64,000 nucleotides of DNA. Origin: Acidimicrobiia bacterium. Its GTDB lineage: Bacteria; Actinomycetota; Acidimicrobiia; Spongiisociales; ZC4RG35. Made by a program: the position numbers and the translations under genes. Position 1 is the stretch's first letter; each line of letters opens with the position of its first letter. Shown piece after piece: positions 35,870 to 48,166 of the stretch. Location: the NCBI GenBank assembly GCA_965215185.1, contig OZ244034.1, forward strand, positions 1 to 64,000, in the 5' to 3' direction. The notes under the pieces were generated by a model. The model was not told where the DNA came from. It saw only the letters and a list, made by a program, of their open reading frames with translations, and made no database searches.

Positions 35870-37153
35870 ATGCGCAGCAAATTCGTAATGTCGATGGTGG
35901 TTATCGACCTCGCTCTCTTGGCGGGGTCGGTGGCGCTTTCCTCGGGGATTCTATACGGTACGCCCTTGCCGTGGAATGCCCGGGAAGTGGGATCACGGGT
36001 CTTGCCGATGTTGGGGTTTGTGATGCTGGCCGGGCTGGGCGCCTCCGCCGCCATCTTATCCATGTCGAGGGCGGGAGTGCCCCGCCCTAGCTATGGCAGA
36101 GGTCTGGCCACGGTGATGATCACCCTTTCGGCCGCTGCCCTGATGATCCTGACCACTCGGATATATTTCTCCAGATCTCTTCTGTTGACGACGATGGTGG
36201 TATGGGCCGCCACCGTCGTCCTGCACCGGGTGGGCCGACGCAGACGCCCGTGGATCGAGCCGATGGTGGTGTTCTCCTCTGATCAGGACATGGTCGCCGA
36301 GTTGCAGCGAGCCCCCCACGCTGATGTGAGGGCCGTGATTGATCCCTCCTCCAATCCCGATCAGCGGCCGCTTGATCCGGGGATCACTTTGGTTGTGGAC
36401 ATGGCGGCGGCCCATTCACCGGCGGTGGCCGTACTGCTATCCGGGCACGACCTGGCCGGACGGTTGGTCAAGCCACTGGCTTCCGTCTATGAGGAACATA
36501 CCGAGCGGGTTCCCCTTCTTCGGTTGGTGGAGGACTGGCAGATGACCACCACTTTGCACCGGATCCGGAATTGGCTGTGGGGTAAAAGGGTGTTCGATCT
36601 GGCAGCGGTGATTGTCACCCTGCCGCTTTGGGCGCCGGTGGTGGCGGCCGTGGCGTTGGCGGTGCGGGTGTTCTCCGCGGGGCCGGTGCTATTTCGCCAA
36701 ACCCGGGTGGGCAAGAGTGGTCGGCCTTTCACCATGTACAAATTCCGGACGATGCGCAGCGACGCCGAAGACCAAGGTCCCCGATTCGCGGAGGTGGACG
36801 ATCCTCGGTTGGTGCGGGGAGGGGGGTTGTTGCGACGCTACCGGCTGGATGAGATTCCCCAGTTGTGGAATGTGCTGATCGGCGATATGAGTCTGGTCGG
36901 CCCCCGAGCCGAACAGGTCCTTTTCGTTGAGGAGTTTTCCCGGGAGATACCTTTCTACTCCCTCCGGCACCTGATGAGGCCGGGGGTGACCGGATGGGCG
37001 CAGATCAACGCCGCTTACGCTGCCGACCTGGAAGGCACGGTCACCAAGCTCACTTACGACCTCTACTACCTGAAACATGTGTCTCCGATCCTGGATTTGA
37101 GAATCCTGTGGTCGTCGGTGTGGACGGTTATCACCGCGTCGGGCTCCCGATGA
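35870..37153 (+). CDS. Polyprenyl-phosphate sugar phosphotransferase (WcaJ/WbaP-like priming transferase)
   Basis: N-terminal TMs; KRVFDL, YKFRTM, LDEIPQLWNVL.GDMSLVGPR and PGVTGWAQI. Start uncertain (35789 is an alternative). Confidence 0.9.
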   Translation: MRSKFVMSMVVIDLALLAGSVALSSGILYGTPLPWNAREVGSRVLPMLGFVMLAGLGASAAILSMSRAGVPRPSYGRGLATVMITLSAAALMILTTRIYFSRSLLLTTMVVWAATVVLHRVGRRRRPWIEPMVVFSSDQDMVAELQRAPHADVRAVIDPSSNPDQRPLDPGITLVVDMAAAHSPAVAVLLSGHDLAGRLVKPLASVYEEHTERVPLLRLVEDWQMTTTLHRIRNWLWGKRVFDLAAVIVTLPLWAPVVAAVALAVRVFSAGPVLFRQTRVGKSGRPFTMYKFRTMRSDAEDQGPRFAEVDDPRLVRGGGLLRRYRLDEIPQLWNVLIGDMSLVGPRAEQVLFVEEFSREIPFYSLRHLMRPGVTGWAQINAAYAADLEGTVTKLTYDLYYLKHVSPILDLRILWSSVWTVITASGSR

Positions 37154-38433
37154 ACCAAAACGAACCGGTTCGAGCCGCTGCTGACCGTCGCGGCACAACG
37201 ATGATGGTGGTCGGGGCGATGGTAGGGGGAGTATCCGCCTATCTGTTCCATGCCTGGGGCGGGAGGAGTTTGGGCGCCGAGGCCTATGCCCCCATCGGGG
37301 TGATGTGGACGGGTGCCTTCATCACTGTTGCGGTGTTGTACCTACCACTGGAACAGTGGGTCACCCGCGAGGTCACTCAGACTCGAAATCCACTGTCAGG
37401 GGGAAGGGGATTGGTGCTAGGGGTGATGGCGGTGGCGATGGCTGCCGCGGCCGTGGCAACCGGCTGGACGTTGTCTTCCCTCACCGAGCAGGTCGGAACA
37501 CATGTCATTCAGATGCTGTTGCTGATGCTCGGATACGGGTGTTTTTGGACGGGAAAAGGGATGCTTCAAGGAAGAGGACGGTACGGCCGGGTGGGCTGGA
37601 TGCTGTGTGCGGAAGGGGCGGTTCGGTTGGTGGTGGAGTGGGTGGTGCTGGAGACGGGAGGGGAGGCGACCGGCTTGGGATGGGCAATGGTTGCTGCCCC
37701 GTGGGTGGTGTTTCTCTTCGGTTTCTGGCGAGGGGAAGTACCTGATCGGCCTGCCTCTGCGGGAGCGGTCTTTATCCAGCAATATGTTCTGGGGGCGCTC
37801 GCCGCCCACATCCTGGTGGCGGCCGCCCCGCTGGTGGTGACCTATATGGGCGCCACCGCGGCGCAGGTGAGCGCGGTCTTTATCGTTTTTGTCCTGTTCA
37901 GGGCACCGCTCACCCTCATGTACAGCCTCCAGGGTCGGATACTTCCCCCCTTGGTGCGGATGATGACCAGGGGTGAAGAAGAGTCTCTGCGAAGGCTCGG
38001 GGTGAAACTCTGGGTGTGGTCGGCGGGATTCGCCGTCTTGGCGGGATTGGTGGGGTATTTGGTAGGACCGCTGGTGGTGGAGGTGCTCATGGGTTCCACC
38101 TTCGTGCCATCTGCTCCGGTTGCCGCCCTGGTTGCCGCCGGGACGATGGCGGCTGCCGGTGTGCAACTGATGGGTCAGATACTGGTGGCGGGATCACGGA
38201 CAGGGCGTTTGGCGACCGCCTGGGTAGTGGGTTTGGCAACAGCCGCTCTGATTGCCGCAGTGATCCCCTCAGGGCCGGTGATGGCTGTGGCGATCGGGTT
38301 CGGGGTGGGAGAAGCATTCGCCCTGATCGTGATGGGGAGGATGGCCATGTCCAGTTCAACCCTTGCAGCGGTCAGGTTAGCCCCTCTGCCCAACGGCGAT
38401 GATCGGATCGCAGACCAGGACCTAAACGGCTGA
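37150..38433 (+). CDS. Polysaccharide flippase-like (Wzx/MATE-fold) membrane protein
   Basis: About 12 hydrophobic segments and an R.LG.E.Y motif near the N-terminus; ATGA overlap with the sugar transferase. Confidence 0.7.
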   Translation: MNQNEPVRAAADRRGTTMMVVGAMVGGVSAYLFHAWGGRSLGAEAYAPIGVMWTGAFITVAVLYLPLEQWVTREVTQTRNPLSGGRGLVLGVMAVAMAAAAVATGWTLSSLTEQVGTHVIQMLLLMLGYGCFWTGKGMLQGRGRYGRVGWMLCAEGAVRLVVEWVVLETGGEATGLGWAMVAAPWVVFLFGFWRGEVPDRPASAGAVFIQQYVLGALAAHILVAAAPLVVTYMGATAAQVSAVFIVFVLFRAPLTLMYSLQGRILPPLVRMMTRGEEESLRRLGVKLWVWSAGFAVLAGLVGYLVGPLVVEVLMGSTFVPSAPVAALVAAGTMAAAGVQLMGQILVAGSRTGRLATAWVVGLATAALIAAVIPSGPVMAVAIGFGVGEAFALIVMGRMAMSSSTLAAVRLAPLPNGDDRIADQDLNG

Positions 38434-38865
38434 CCAGCGGGGAAGGCAGCGGAGGCACCCGAGAGGTCATGCGTATGCAATCTCCTGCCGCTTCCACCAG
38501 TCCGGCTGACATCAGCACTCTCAGATAGAGGGGTTCATGGACGATGCGTTGCCGGAGCCCGGCCATGAAGAGCTCCAACAGGTCGCGAATCGCCCCCTTG
38601 CCAAGGGCAGCGGCCCAGAAAACGGCAGACATGTTCATGCCCAGGTGAGAAGCCCTCCACAGCGGGATGAACGAGTTCCACTGAAAAGGGGCGGATGCGG
38701 GGAAAAGAACGGACGGCATATTGGACCGTCTCCGTCCTAGGGAGGGAGGGGGTAGTAGTCATAGTATATATACTGCTAACACTTGTTACATAACGGTTGT
38801 TCCTATAGTCGAGTTCTTTAGCGTGGTAGCGGAGGAAACCGCGAGCCGCCCCGCATGGGAAGCAA

Positions 38866-41667
38866 TTAACTGGATTCGGAATCTTCGGATTCGGAATCGG
38901 GTGGCTGGCCGGTGGAGAGGGTGATGGTTACCTGATCTCCGGAGGTGATCTCGGCGCCGGGGGCGGGGTCGGTGGCTATCACCCTCTCCGCTTCCACCTC
39001 CAGATGGGCCGAGTAGGTGATATCGGGGACAATCAATATGCCGGTTTCCTGTGCCACCCGTTCAATGTCTGCGAGGACGTCGGCGATGGTGAGTCCGATC
39101 CAGTCGGGAAGCAGAGTATTGGTGGGAGCCTCACCGGTGGAGAGGGTGATGGTTACCTGATCTCCGGAGGTGATCTCGGCGCCGGGGGCGGGGTCGGTGG
39201 TTATCACCCGATCGGACGCCAGCTCCGGATGGGGTGAGTAGGTCACTTCCAGGATCATCAGCAAGCCGAACTCCTGCTCCAGTCGATGAGCGTCATCGAG
39301 GACTTCGGTGATGGTGAGTCCGGTCCAGTCCGGAAGCGGGGCGGCGGGCGGAGTTCCGGTGGAAACTTCCAGGACTACGGTGTCGGCGTGGAGGGCGCCG
39401 GTGCGGGGCAGGGGGTCTTGGGATAGGACTTGTCCGGCGGGCGCCGAGGAGTTCACATCCACGATCTCCCAGTTAAGCCGTGATCCCACCAACGCCGCTT
39501 GGGCGGATTCCAGATCAAGCCCAATGATCTGCGGTATGGAGGTGGAGGGTCGGAGCAGGTAGCGGTCGAGACCGGGGGGATCGGGTGGGAACCCGGTGGC
39601 CTCTACATCGTCAAGCATGATCTCCATGAACTCCGCCCAGATGGGAGCGGGCACCGATCCTCCGTAGACCCGGCGAAGGTTCTCTCCACCTATGACCACG
39701 TTTTCCAGGGGAATCTGGTTGTGTTCGTAGCCCACCCACACTGCAGTGGTATGAGTGGGGACAAAACCAACATACCAGGCGTCGCGAAACCCTTGATGAG
39801 TGCCGGTCTTGCCTGCCTGAGGACGGCCGATAAAGGCCCGGGGCGCGGTTCCCTCTGGAGTGGGAACCTTGGTGAGTGGTATCCGGGCGGCGGCGAATGC
39901 GGCCGGATCCCCGTGGTTCTCGTACTCCAACTCATGCTCGTAGAGAATTCTGGAGTCGGGCGAGATGATCCGGGAGATGATGTAAGGAGATGCCCACAGT
40001 CCGTTGGTGGCAAAGTTCGAAAACGCCGACGCCATCTCCAGGGGACTGACGGCTCCGGTTCCCAACACTATGGAAAGGACCTCTGGAAGCTCGGATTGGA
40101 TTCCCAGCCGGTGGGCGACCTCCACCACCTTGGCCGGTCCGATGGTTTCCGAGAGTTGGGCGTATACGGTGTTTATGGAGGAACTGGTGGCGTCGGCCAG
40201 GGTCAGAACCCCGTAATCTCGGGTCCCCACATTGTGGACCGTCCAGATGTCGGAGTCGTCCACGCACACCGTTGGGCACTGGATCTCGATAATCGGGGGG
40301 GCCGGGAAAGCGGTTCCCAGGGGGATATTGCGTTCCAGGGCCCCCAACAGAGCGAAAGGCTTCATGCTGGAGCCGGGGTTGCGTCGGCCCTGAATAGCCA
40401 GGTCGAACTGGACGAAGTCGAAGGGCAGTCCCGAGGCCATCACCTTCACCTCACCGGTGTAGTTGTCTACGGTGACGATTGAGCCGGTGGGAGAGCAGGA
40501 GTGTTCGGTGGCGTAGCTTTCCAGATATGACAGGGGGTCGGAGGGAAACAGCGCTTGGCAGAGGATGACGTTCTGCTGATATTCGGGCAGCGGCATCCAC
40601 TCTTCAAGGATGCGATGTGCTTCCCGTTGGAGAGTGAGATCGACTGTGGTTTCGATACGGAGTCCCCCACCTCCCTGGCACTCGGGGTTGTCGGCGGCGC
40701 AGCCGAAGATGGCTTTCTTGCGCTGCTCCGGAGTGTCGCCCAGGAAAGAGAATCGGGGGTGATATAGGAGTTGACGATTTACTTCCGCCACCACATGATC
40801 GGCTTCTCCGCGAAACGGGACATGCTCGGCGATGTCAAGTGGTCTGCTCTTTGCTTCTTCGGCCTCCTCGGGGTCGGCCCAGCCCTTTGCGACCATCTGG
40901 TCGATAATCAGGTCGCGGCGGTTTTCGGCTCGTCCGGGACGCACCCGGGGATTGTAAAAAGTGGGATTCCGGATTAGCACCGCCAAGGTGGCTGCTTCCT
41001 CGAGGTTGATTTTCTCCAGCGGCTTGGCGAAGAATTCCCGGGCGGCGGCGCTTACCCCGTAGGCGCCCGATCCGAAGTAGACCGAATTGAGGTAGAACTC
41101 CAGGATTTGGTCCTTTCCGTAGGTCCTTTCCAAGTCGGTGGAGACAAACGCTTCCCGGATCTTGCGCTCAATGGTTATTTCATCTCCCACGAAGTGGTTT
41201 TTGGCCACTTGCTGGGTGATGGTTGACCCGCCCAGATTGGTTTGGTATAGGAAGTTGTAGACGGCCGTGCGGGCGATGGCAGTGAAGTCGAGCCCCTCGT
41301 GCTCATAGAAGTCGTCATCCTCGGCGGCTAGCACCGCATAGATAACCACTTCGGGAATCTGTGCAATGGGTACCGGCTCTGAAACTCGTCCATCGTGGAG
41401 TTCTGCCAGGAGTTCTCCGTCAGCGGCGTAAACCCGGGAAACCCTGGATAGGTCGGGGAGTGTGAGGTCAATCTTCGAAACGTCCGGATCGAGTCTTCCG
41501 GTTACCTCCTCGAAGACTCCGAAAACGGCGGTGACCCCCATGAAGGCAAACAGCACCGCCCACCCGGCGGCGATCACCACAATGGCTAAAAGGCCGGCCA
41601 GGGACGGCATCCAACGGTCCCTGCGATCTTGGGACTCGGCGCGGTGGAAAGGTGAAGGGCGCAACAT
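38866..41667 (-). CDS. Class A penicillin-binding protein (transglycosylase/transpeptidase) with C-terminal PASTA domains
   Basis: [29 protein letters not shown] (SxxK), SIN and KTG motifs, then three PASTA-like repeats. Confidence 0.93.
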   Translation of the reverse strand: MLRPSPFHRAESQDRRDRWMPSLAGLLAIVVIAAGWAVLFAFMGVTAVFGVFEEVTGRLDPDVSKIDLTLPDLSRVSRVYAADGELLAELHDGRVSEPVPIAQIPEVVIYAVLAAEDDDFYEHEGLDFTAIARTAVYNFLYQTNLGGSTITQQVAKNHFVGDEITIERKIREAFVSTDLERTYGKDQILEFYLNSVYFGSGAYGVSAAAREFFAKPLEKINLEEAATLAVLIRNPTFYNPRVRPGRAENRRDLIIDQMVAKGWADPEEAEEAKSRPLDIAEHVPFRGEADHVVAEVNRQLLYHPRFSFLGDTPEQRKKAIFGCAADNPECQGGGGLRIETTVDLTLQREAHRILEEWMPLPEYQQNVILCQALFPSDPLSYLESYATEHSCSPTGSIVTVDNYTGEVKVMASGLPFDFVQFDLAIQGRRNPGSSMKPFALLGALERNIPLGTAFPAPPIIEIQCPTVCVDDSDIWTVHNVGTRDYGVLTLADATSSSINTVYAQLSETIGPAKVVEVAHRLGIQSELPEVLSIVLGTGAVSPLEMASAFSNFATNGLWASPYIISRIISPDSRILYEHELEYENHGDPAAFAAARIPLTKVPTPEGTAPRAFIGRPQAGKTGTHQGFRDAWYVGFVPTHTTAVWVGYEHNQIPLENVVIGGENLRRVYGGSVPAPIWAEFMEIMLDDVEATGFPPDPPGLDRYLLRPSTSIPQIIGLDLESAQAALVGSRLNWEIVDVNSSAPAGQVLSQDPLPRTGALHADTVVLEVSTGTPPAAPLPDWTGLTITEVLDDAHRLEQEFGLLMILEVTYSPHPELASDRVITTDPAPGAEITSGDQVTITLSTGEAPTNTLLPDWIGLTIADVLADIERVAQETGILIVPDITYSAHLEVEAERVIATDPAPGAEITSGDQVTITLSTGQPPDSESEDSESS

Positions 41668-41728
41668 AGAACAAAGCAGGCAAGGGGGTAGTTACGATTT
41701 GCCTGACAAACGCGAGCATATAGGAGTT

Positions 41729-43288
41729 ATGGATAAAACCGTTACCACCCCGGGCGGAATAGTGACTAAAGAGGTCTACACCGGTCCGGTGGATGCCTCC
41801 CGGTTGGGCATGCCCGGTGAGTATCCCTTCACTCGCGGGCCCTATCCCTCCATGTATCGACATCGCCAATGGACTATGCGCCAATATGCCGGGTTCGGGA
41901 CCGCTGAGACCTCCAATGAGCGGTATCACGCCCTGTTGGCGGCCGGGCAGACCGGTCTGTCGGTGGCATTTGACTTGCCTACCCAGATGGGTCTGGACTC
42001 TGACCATCCACTGGCTCGAGGGGAAGTGGGCCGGGTGGGGGTGGCCATCGACACGCTGGGCGATATGCAGCGCCTTTTGCGGGGCATTCCCCTCGATGAG
42101 GTCTCCACTTCCATGACCATCAATTCCACTGCCCCAATCTTGCTGCTTCTCTACGAATTGGTGGCCGAGTCGCAGGGGGTGAAACCCGATCAACTGCGGG
42201 GTACGGTGCAAAACGACATGCTCAAGGAGTACATTGCCCGGGGGACCTATATCTATCCTCCCGGCCCCTCCATGAGGCTGGTGACCGATCTGATTGCCTA
42301 CGCGTCCCGGCACGTCCCCCGCTGGAATCCCATCTCGGTATCCGGATATCACATCCGTGAGGCGGGAGCCACGGCTTCTGAGGAGTTGGCGTTTACCATC
42401 GCCAACGGCGCCGCTTATGTCAGGGCGGCGCTGGAGGCAGGTTTGGAGGTGGACGATTTTGCTCCGCGTATCTCGTTTTTTTGGAACAGCCACAGTCATC
42501 TGTTCGAGGAAGTCGCCAAATTCCGGGCTGCTCGACGGATTTGGGCGCGAGTGATGAAGGAGGTGTTCGGTGCTTGTTCTCCCGCCTCACTTCGGATGCG
42601 TTTCCACGCTCAAACGGCCGGCAGCAGTCTCACCGCTCTTCAGCCGGAGAACAACATCGTTCGCACCACGGTGCAGGCCCTGGCAGCGGTGCTGGGCGGA
42701 ACCCAGTCTCTGCACACCAACGGTTTTGATGAGGCTTTGAGCCTGCCCACCCAGCATTCGGCCACCCTGGCGCTGCGCACCCAGCAGATCCTCGCCCACG
42801 AGTCGGGAACCACCGACACGGTCGATCCATTGGCCGGTTCCTATTATGTCGAAGCATTGACAGATGCTCTGGAAGAGGAGGCGAGCAGCTTGTTGGGCAA
42901 GATCGAAGACATGGGGGGCGCGGTGAAAGCCGTGGAATGGATGCAGGCAAGAATTGAGGACTCGGCCTATCGGACCGCCCGAGGGATAGAGGAGGGGAAC
43001 ATTACAGTGGTGGGGGTGAACAGGTACACAGACGAAGATTCCCCGGAACTCGTCATCAGCCGCACCGATCCGGAATTGGAGAAATCTCAGCGGGAGCGGT
43101 TGGTCTCCCACCGCGCAAATCGCCAACAGGAGGCCGTGGACGGGGCCCTGCGGGAGGTGGGCCGAGTGGCTGGCAGGACAGAGAACCTGATGTATCCCAT
43201 CAAGGGGGCGTTGGCGGCCGGCGCTACCTTGGGGGAGGTTTCCGGGGTTTTGAGGGATGTTTTTGGCGTCTACCGGCCTGGATCATGA
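41729..43288 (+). CDS. Methylmalonyl-CoA mutase, substrate-binding (large) subunit of the split type
   Basis: RQYAGF (Tyr) and KEYIARGTY (Arg) indicate MCM rather than isobutyryl-CoA mutase. SLHTN present, no B12-binding domain. SD AGGAG. Confidence 0.9.
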   Translation: MDKTVTTPGGIVTKEVYTGPVDASRLGMPGEYPFTRGPYPSMYRHRQWTMRQYAGFGTAETSNERYHALLAAGQTGLSVAFDLPTQMGLDSDHPLARGEVGRVGVAIDTLGDMQRLLRGIPLDEVSTSMTINSTAPILLLLYELVAESQGVKPDQLRGTVQNDMLKEYIARGTYIYPPGPSMRLVTDLIAYASRHVPRWNPISVSGYHIREAGATASEELAFTIANGAAYVRAALEAGLEVDDFAPRISFFWNSHSHLFEEVAKFRAARRIWARVMKEVFGACSPASLRMRFHAQTAGSSLTALQPENNIVRTTVQALAAVLGGTQSLHTNGFDEALSLPTQHSATLALRTQQILAHESGTTDTVDPLAGSYYVEALTDALEEEASSLLGKIEDMGGAVKAVEWMQARIEDSAYRTARGIEEGNITVVGVNRYTDEDSPELVISRTDPELEKSQRERLVSHRANRQQEAVDGALREVGRVAGRTENLMYPIKGALAAGATLGEVSGVLRDVFGVYRPGS

Positions 43289-44658
43289 TTCCGTTCAGTA
43301 GTGCCGAGGGCCCCACATTTGCAATCTTGGGCGCAGGTCCGGCGGGTGTGACCGCCGCGACCACCGCCGCGGCATTGGGCGCCAGGGTGGTTCTGATGGA
43401 GGAGTCGGTGGTGGGTGGCGGCGCCCATCTTTGGGACTGCATACCCTCTAAGACCATGGCGGCCACGGCCGTCACCAAGGATCTGGTTGACAAGGCGGCC
43501 CGGCTGGGGGTGGTGGCAGGTACGGCACAGGTTGACCAGAGTCAACTGGCTGAACGTATCAAGACCATTTGGCAGGACATCAACATTGGTTTTCTGGAAT
43601 TGCTCCTCTCCCAGGACGTCCACATTGTTAGCGGAAAGGGGCGTTTGAGCGGCCCGCATCGGATGGCGGTTGAGGCCTCGGAGGGAGCCCTCGAATTCGA
43701 TTTCGACTATGGTGTGGTCTCCACCGGATCCGCTCCCCGGGTTCCGGATTGGGCGCCGGTGGATGGGAAGCGGGTGCTTACCACTCGCCATGCATATGAT
43801 CTGGCCGAGGTTCCTGCTCACCTGGTAATAGTGGGCTCGGGAGTGACCGGAGTGGAGTTCACCCACATCTTCAAATCCCTGGGCAGCGAGGTGAGCCTGG
43901 TGGTGAGTCGCCAGCAGATTCTTCCCCATCGCGACCCTGAAGTGGCAGCAGTGTTGCAAAATGACTTTCTCGCAAGGGGGGTCAAGCTTGTCATCGGCGC
44001 CTATGCGGAAGCCATTAAATTCACCGAGGACGGGGTGGTGGTGGAGTGCGACGACGGGCGTCGGGTGAAAGGCAGCCACGTCCTGCTGGCGGTGGGATCG
44101 GTGCCGCTCACTGCGGGGATCGGCCTTGAAGAGGCGGGGTTGAGACTCAACCGCGCAGGTCACATCCAAGTGGACGCCTATCAGCGCACCTCGTTGTCTC
44201 ACATCTATGCGGCCGGGGACTGCACCGGGCAGATGCCGCTTTCCTCGGTGGCGGCTGCGCAGGGCCGCAAGATCGCACGTCACGCTCTGGGGTATCCGGT
44301 CTCCCCAATGGATTTCTCTAATGTGGCGGCGGCGGTGTTCACCTCGCCCGAGATAGCTTCGGTGGGGCTGGAGGATGTGACGGCTGCGGCTCAAGGTCGC
44401 AAAGTTCGCACCACCAAGGTCCCATTCGCCTCCAATCCCCGCAGTGTCCTGCAGGGAAGGGAAGAGGGCTTTGTCAAGGTAATCTCCGACCCGGCCACCC
44501 GGGTGGTGCTGGGGGGGACCATCGTCGGACACCGCGCATCCGATCTAATCGGGATTCTGGCATTGGCCGTGCAGGCGGATGTCACCGTTGACGCTTTGCT
44601 GGAGACCCTGATGGTGCATCCCTCCCTGTCGGAAAGCATCTCCGAGGCCGCCGAGTAG
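43285..44658 (+). CDS. lpdA: NAD(P)H-quinone dehydrogenase LpdA (lipoamide-dehydrogenase-like)
   Basis: [18 protein letters not shown] (only one Cys of the redox pair), GSGVTGVEF and HPSLSESI. Confidence 0.85.
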   Translation: MIPFSSAEGPTFAILGAGPAGVTAATTAAALGARVVLMEESVVGGGAHLWDCIPSKTMAATAVTKDLVDKAARLGVVAGTAQVDQSQLAERIKTIWQDINIGFLELLLSQDVHIVSGKGRLSGPHRMAVEASEGALEFDFDYGVVSTGSAPRVPDWAPVDGKRVLTTRHAYDLAEVPAHLVIVGSGVTGVEFTHIFKSLGSEVSLVVSRQQILPHRDPEVAAVLQNDFLARGVKLVIGAYAEAIKFTEDGVVVECDDGRRVKGSHVLLAVGSVPLTAGIGLEEAGLRLNRAGHIQVDAYQRTSLSHIYAAGDCTGQMPLSSVAAAQGRKIARHALGYPVSPMDFSNVAAAVFTSPEIASVGLEDVTAAAQGRKVRTTKVPFASNPRSVLQGREEGFVKVISDPATRVVLGGTIVGHRASDLIGILALAVQADVTVDALLETLMVHPSLSESISEAAE

Positions 44659-44890
44659 GGCCGTTTGCCTCAAGCTTCCTAGCGTCTGGGATTCAGGCTG
44701 CTTCGGCATGCTCGATGCCAGGAGTCCGGGGTGGTTGCTTCAAAGATTCCCAAGTTTGGGAAAACAGCAGAGTCTGATGGTCACCGCGGTGGCGGGTCTG
44801 TTGCACATTTGATGGATGGTCGTACCTGGGGAAGTCGGAGTGTTCACTCTTGCTGCGGATGGTCCCGTATTCGGGGTAGAGTTTCAAACC

Positions 44891-46246
44891 ATGCAGCGTC
44901 GCATTTTCGGTATTGAAAATGAATACGGGGTGACGTTCACCCTGCGTGGGCAACGGCGGCTCAGTCCCGACGAAGTGGCCCGATATCTGTTCAGGAGGGT
45001 GGTGAGTTGGGGTCGTTCCTCCAATGTCTTCCTGGAAAACGGCGCCCGACTGTACCTCGACGTCGGTTCCCATCCCGAATACGCCACCCCCGAATGCGAC
45101 ACCATCGAAGACGTGATCGTTTATGATCGGGCGGGTGAAAGGTTCTTGGAGAGCCTCATTCACTCTGCTGAGGAGCGTCTCTCCGCTGAGGGCGTCAAAG
45201 GACAGATCTTTCTGTTCAAGAACAACACCGACTCGGCGGGGAACAGCTACGGGTGTCATGAGAATTATCTGATCAGCCGGTTGAAGGACTTTGAGCGGAC
45301 AGTCAGCATTCTTCTTCCCTTCCTGGTCACCAGACAGATCTTTTTGGGAGCGGGGAAGCTTCATCGAAGCACCCGACAGGTCACCTATTCGATAGCTCAA
45401 CGAGCCGACCACATCTGGGAGGGCGTCTCGTCGGCCACCACACGCAGTCGACCGATCATCAACACCCGGGATGAGCCCCACGCGGACGCCGAGAAATACC
45501 GCCGACTGCATCTCATCGCTGGCGATTCCAACATGAGCGAGTACGCCACGTTTGTCAAAGTGGGGACAATGCTGGCGCTGTTGCAGATGATCGAAGGCGA
45601 CGCCATGTTTCGTGATCTGACCCTGGAGAACCCCATCAAGGCCATTCGCCAGATCTCTCATGATCTGACCTGTTCCACCAATGTCCGACTACAGAACGGA
45701 CGGCTGGTGTCCGCCCTGGACATACAGTGGGAGTACTTCGACCGGGTAACCCGCTACGCTCAAGGACCCGGATTTCCGCCCGAGGTCCAGCGGGCGGTGG
45801 ATCGCTGGGAACATTTGCTAACCGGTCTGGAGAAAGATCCCCTCAGCCTCGACCGGGAGGTTGACTGGGTGATCAAATATCGGCTGCTGGAGGAATACCG
45901 GGAGAGGAGAGGAATCTCGGAAAAAGATGCCCGGTTGGCGCTGGTGGACCTCTCCTATCACGATGTCGACCGAAGTCGCGGGCTCTATTACATGCTGGAG
46001 AGACACGGGCTGGTCGACAAGTTGGTCACGGACGAGCAGGTGTCGCGGGCGCAAACCAGGCCCCCCCAGACCACCCGGGCACGTTTGCGGGGCGCCTTCA
46101 TCAAAGCAGCCAAGGCCCGCCGTCGGGATTTCACGGTGGACTGGATGCATCTGAAGCTGAACGATCAGACCCAGCAAACCATGTTGTGCAAGGACCCTTT
46201 CCGTTCCCATGACGAGCGGATCGAGCGTTTCATAGAATCTCTTTAA
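44891..46246 (+). CDS. pafA: Pup--protein ligase
   Basis: [52 protein letters not shown] and VDW.HLKL. Confidence 0.95.
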   Translation: MQRRIFGIENEYGVTFTLRGQRRLSPDEVARYLFRRVVSWGRSSNVFLENGARLYLDVGSHPEYATPECDTIEDVIVYDRAGERFLESLIHSAEERLSAEGVKGQIFLFKNNTDSAGNSYGCHENYLISRLKDFERTVSILLPFLVTRQIFLGAGKLHRSTRQVTYSIAQRADHIWEGVSSATTRSRPIINTRDEPHADAEKYRRLHLIAGDSNMSEYATFVKVGTMLALLQMIEGDAMFRDLTLENPIKAIRQISHDLTCSTNVRLQNGRLVSALDIQWEYFDRVTRYAQGPGFPPEVQRAVDRWEHLLTGLEKDPLSLDREVDWVIKYRLLEEYRERRGISEKDARLALVDLSYHDVDRSRGLYYMLERHGLVDKLVTDEQVSRAQTRPPQTTRARLRGAFIKAAKARRRDFTVDWMHLKLNDQTQQTMLCKDPFRSHDERIERFIESL

Positions 46247-46259
46247 GGAGGGATGGCCG

Positions 46260-47189
46260 GTGAGAAAGAGGGAACGGCTGTTGAATTTGCTTTGTTTGCT
46301 GTGGTCAAGCAAACGCAAGTTCACCCGGGAGGAGATATTTCGGAGAATGGTGCCCTATCGCACCTACGCCAACTCGGAGACGGCCCGACGCACCTTCCAA
46401 AGAGACAAGGCGGCTCTGCGCCAAGTGGGCTTTGACATCCAAACCGACCAGCCTGAGGATGGACCCGCTACCTACATCCTGGCGCAGCCGAGCGACGCGG
46501 TGGGGGCAATGGAACTTTCTGACTCTGAGCGGGTGGCGCTGGGCTTTGCCGTGGCGATGGTGCGACTGGGCGAGGCTCATTCGGTTGATCGCACCCTCAT
46601 CAAGCTGGGCGCAGGACTTGCCGAGAGCGTGACGGCGATCAATTTGGGTGTTCTGGAGTCGGGAAAGGTGAATGACCTGCTGCTGGCGGTGCAGTCTCGC
46701 TCGCCGGTGTTTTTCGATTACAAGGGCCGTCGTAGGCGGGGGGTGCAGCCGCTTCGGATCGTGAACCGCCGGGGGAACTGGTATGTGCTGGCTCGGGAGG
46801 ACGGCGTCGAGAAGGTGTTCAGAGTCGACAGGATCAGCAACCTGAGAGTGTCCAATCGAGAGGACATGTATGACCTTCCATCCCTTTCGGAGGGGCCAAA
46901 CATTCTGAACTCCGAGCCCTGGGAATATGGGGAGGACCCTTTCATAGAGACAACCATTCGTTTCGACGCCGACTCGGCTTGGTATGTCAGGCCTCGTCTT
47001 CCCTCTTCCGCCCAAATCCAAGAGGAGGAGGATGGCTCCCTGACTGTGCTGATGGGGGTGATCAACCGGGCGGCCTTTTTCGTATGGATGCTGGATTTCG
47101 CTCCGGATGGTGAGGTGTTGTCTCCTGATTCGATGCGTCGGGAGATGGTGGAGTGGGTACGGCGGTCTGTGGGGGAGGCCGGCTTGTGA
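46260..47189 (+). CDS. pafB: wHTH-WYL-WCX transcriptional regulator PafB
   Basis: RKRERLLNL, RRTFQRDKAALR, WYVLA and FRVDRI; lies directly after pafA. Confidence 0.88.
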   Translation: MRKRERLLNLLCLLWSSKRKFTREEIFRRMVPYRTYANSETARRTFQRDKAALRQVGFDIQTDQPEDGPATYILAQPSDAVGAMELSDSERVALGFAVAMVRLGEAHSVDRTLIKLGAGLAESVTAINLGVLESGKVNDLLLAVQSRSPVFFDYKGRRRRGVQPLRIVNRRGNWYVLAREDGVEKVFRVDRISNLRVSNREDMYDLPSLSEGPNILNSEPWEYGEDPFIETTIRFDADSAWYVRPRLPSSAQIQEEEDGSLTVLMGVINRAAFFVWMLDFAPDGEVLSPDSMRREMVEWVRRSVGEAGL

Positions 47190-48127
47190 CTTACACGCGG
47201 CCGCTCGGCGGGCTTGGACGTCTGCTGATGGTGATTCCCTGGCTTATAGAGGAGCAAGAGGTACTCATCGAGGATCTGGAGCGTCGGTTTGCCATCAAGT
47301 CAGGGCAACTTGTCGAGGACATGGAGGCTCTCAACCAAGTGGATTTGTTCGTAAGTCCCGAGCAGCGCTTCTCGGTGGAGATAACCGAAGAACGCGTAAA
47401 GGTCTTAGAGGCGCCCAATTTCCCCGCCACTCCCGGCTTCCTGCCCTATGAGGCTTTGGCTTGTCTGGTGGCCGCCAAGACAGTGCTGGAAATGAACCCG
47501 GGATCGCCCGATTTGAGTTCGGCGGTGCAAAAGCTGGAGAAAGCGATCATGCCCCACGAGACGCATGCCCTGCGTGTTCTGTCTGCTTCGGATCCTCCCT
47601 GGGTGAAGCAACTGCGGGAATGGACCATCGCCGGTCAGGTGGTCTGGATGAGATATCGTTCCACCGATAAGGGAGAGCTTTCCGATCGGGTGGTGGAGCC
47701 CTGGCAGGTGTACCAGTGGAAGGGGATTTGGTACTTGTGGGGACATAGCCGGACCAAGGGTGAGCCTCGTCGGTACCGGGTGGATGGCGTTCAAAGAGCC
47801 AAGCCAACCGGAGAGACATTCGTTCGGCCCCGACGGGTTCCTCTCCCTCCCACCGACTATCGACCCGCCGCTGATGACCACCGAATGGTGCTGGAAATCC
47901 AGCCGAGAGGTCATTGGGTCATTGAGTATTACTCAATGCGCATACTCTCCGAGGACCCGTCGGGGTTGGTGCTCGCGGAGTTCTACACCCGGGATCCCCG
48001 CATCGCCGCCCAGTTGGCGCTCCGGCTCGGCCCCGATCTGCGAATCGTGGAGGGAGACGCCGCCCGCAAAAAGCTGGCCGAGTTGGCAGCTCATGTGTTG
48101 GAACGTTATGCCAATCCATCGAGGTAG
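47186..48127 (+). CDS. pafC: wHTH-WYL-WCX transcriptional regulator PafC
   Basis: RLLMVIPWL, RVVEP, WYLWG and YRVDG; GTGA overlap with pafB. Confidence 0.85.
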   Translation: MTYTRPLGGLGRLLMVIPWLIEEQEVLIEDLERRFAIKSGQLVEDMEALNQVDLFVSPEQRFSVEITEERVKVLEAPNFPATPGFLPYEALACLVAAKTVLEMNPGSPDLSSAVQKLEKAIMPHETHALRVLSASDPPWVKQLREWTIAGQVVWMRYRSTDKGELSDRVVEPWQVYQWKGIWYLWGHSRTKGEPRRYRVDGVQRAKPTGETFVRPRRVPLPPTDYRPAADDHRMVLEIQPRGHWVIEYYSMRILSEDPSGLVLAEFYTRDPRIAAQLALRLGPDLRIVEGDAARKKLAELAAHVLERYANPSR

Positions 48128-48166
48128 AACGGGATCATTCTGCCAGCAGAGGCTAGCATTCTTGTC

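Noticed and set aside
46260-48127. WYL proteins as regulators of a novel defence system
   Set aside because: Position after pafA and the motifs identify canonical PafB/PafC; no defence genes adjacent.
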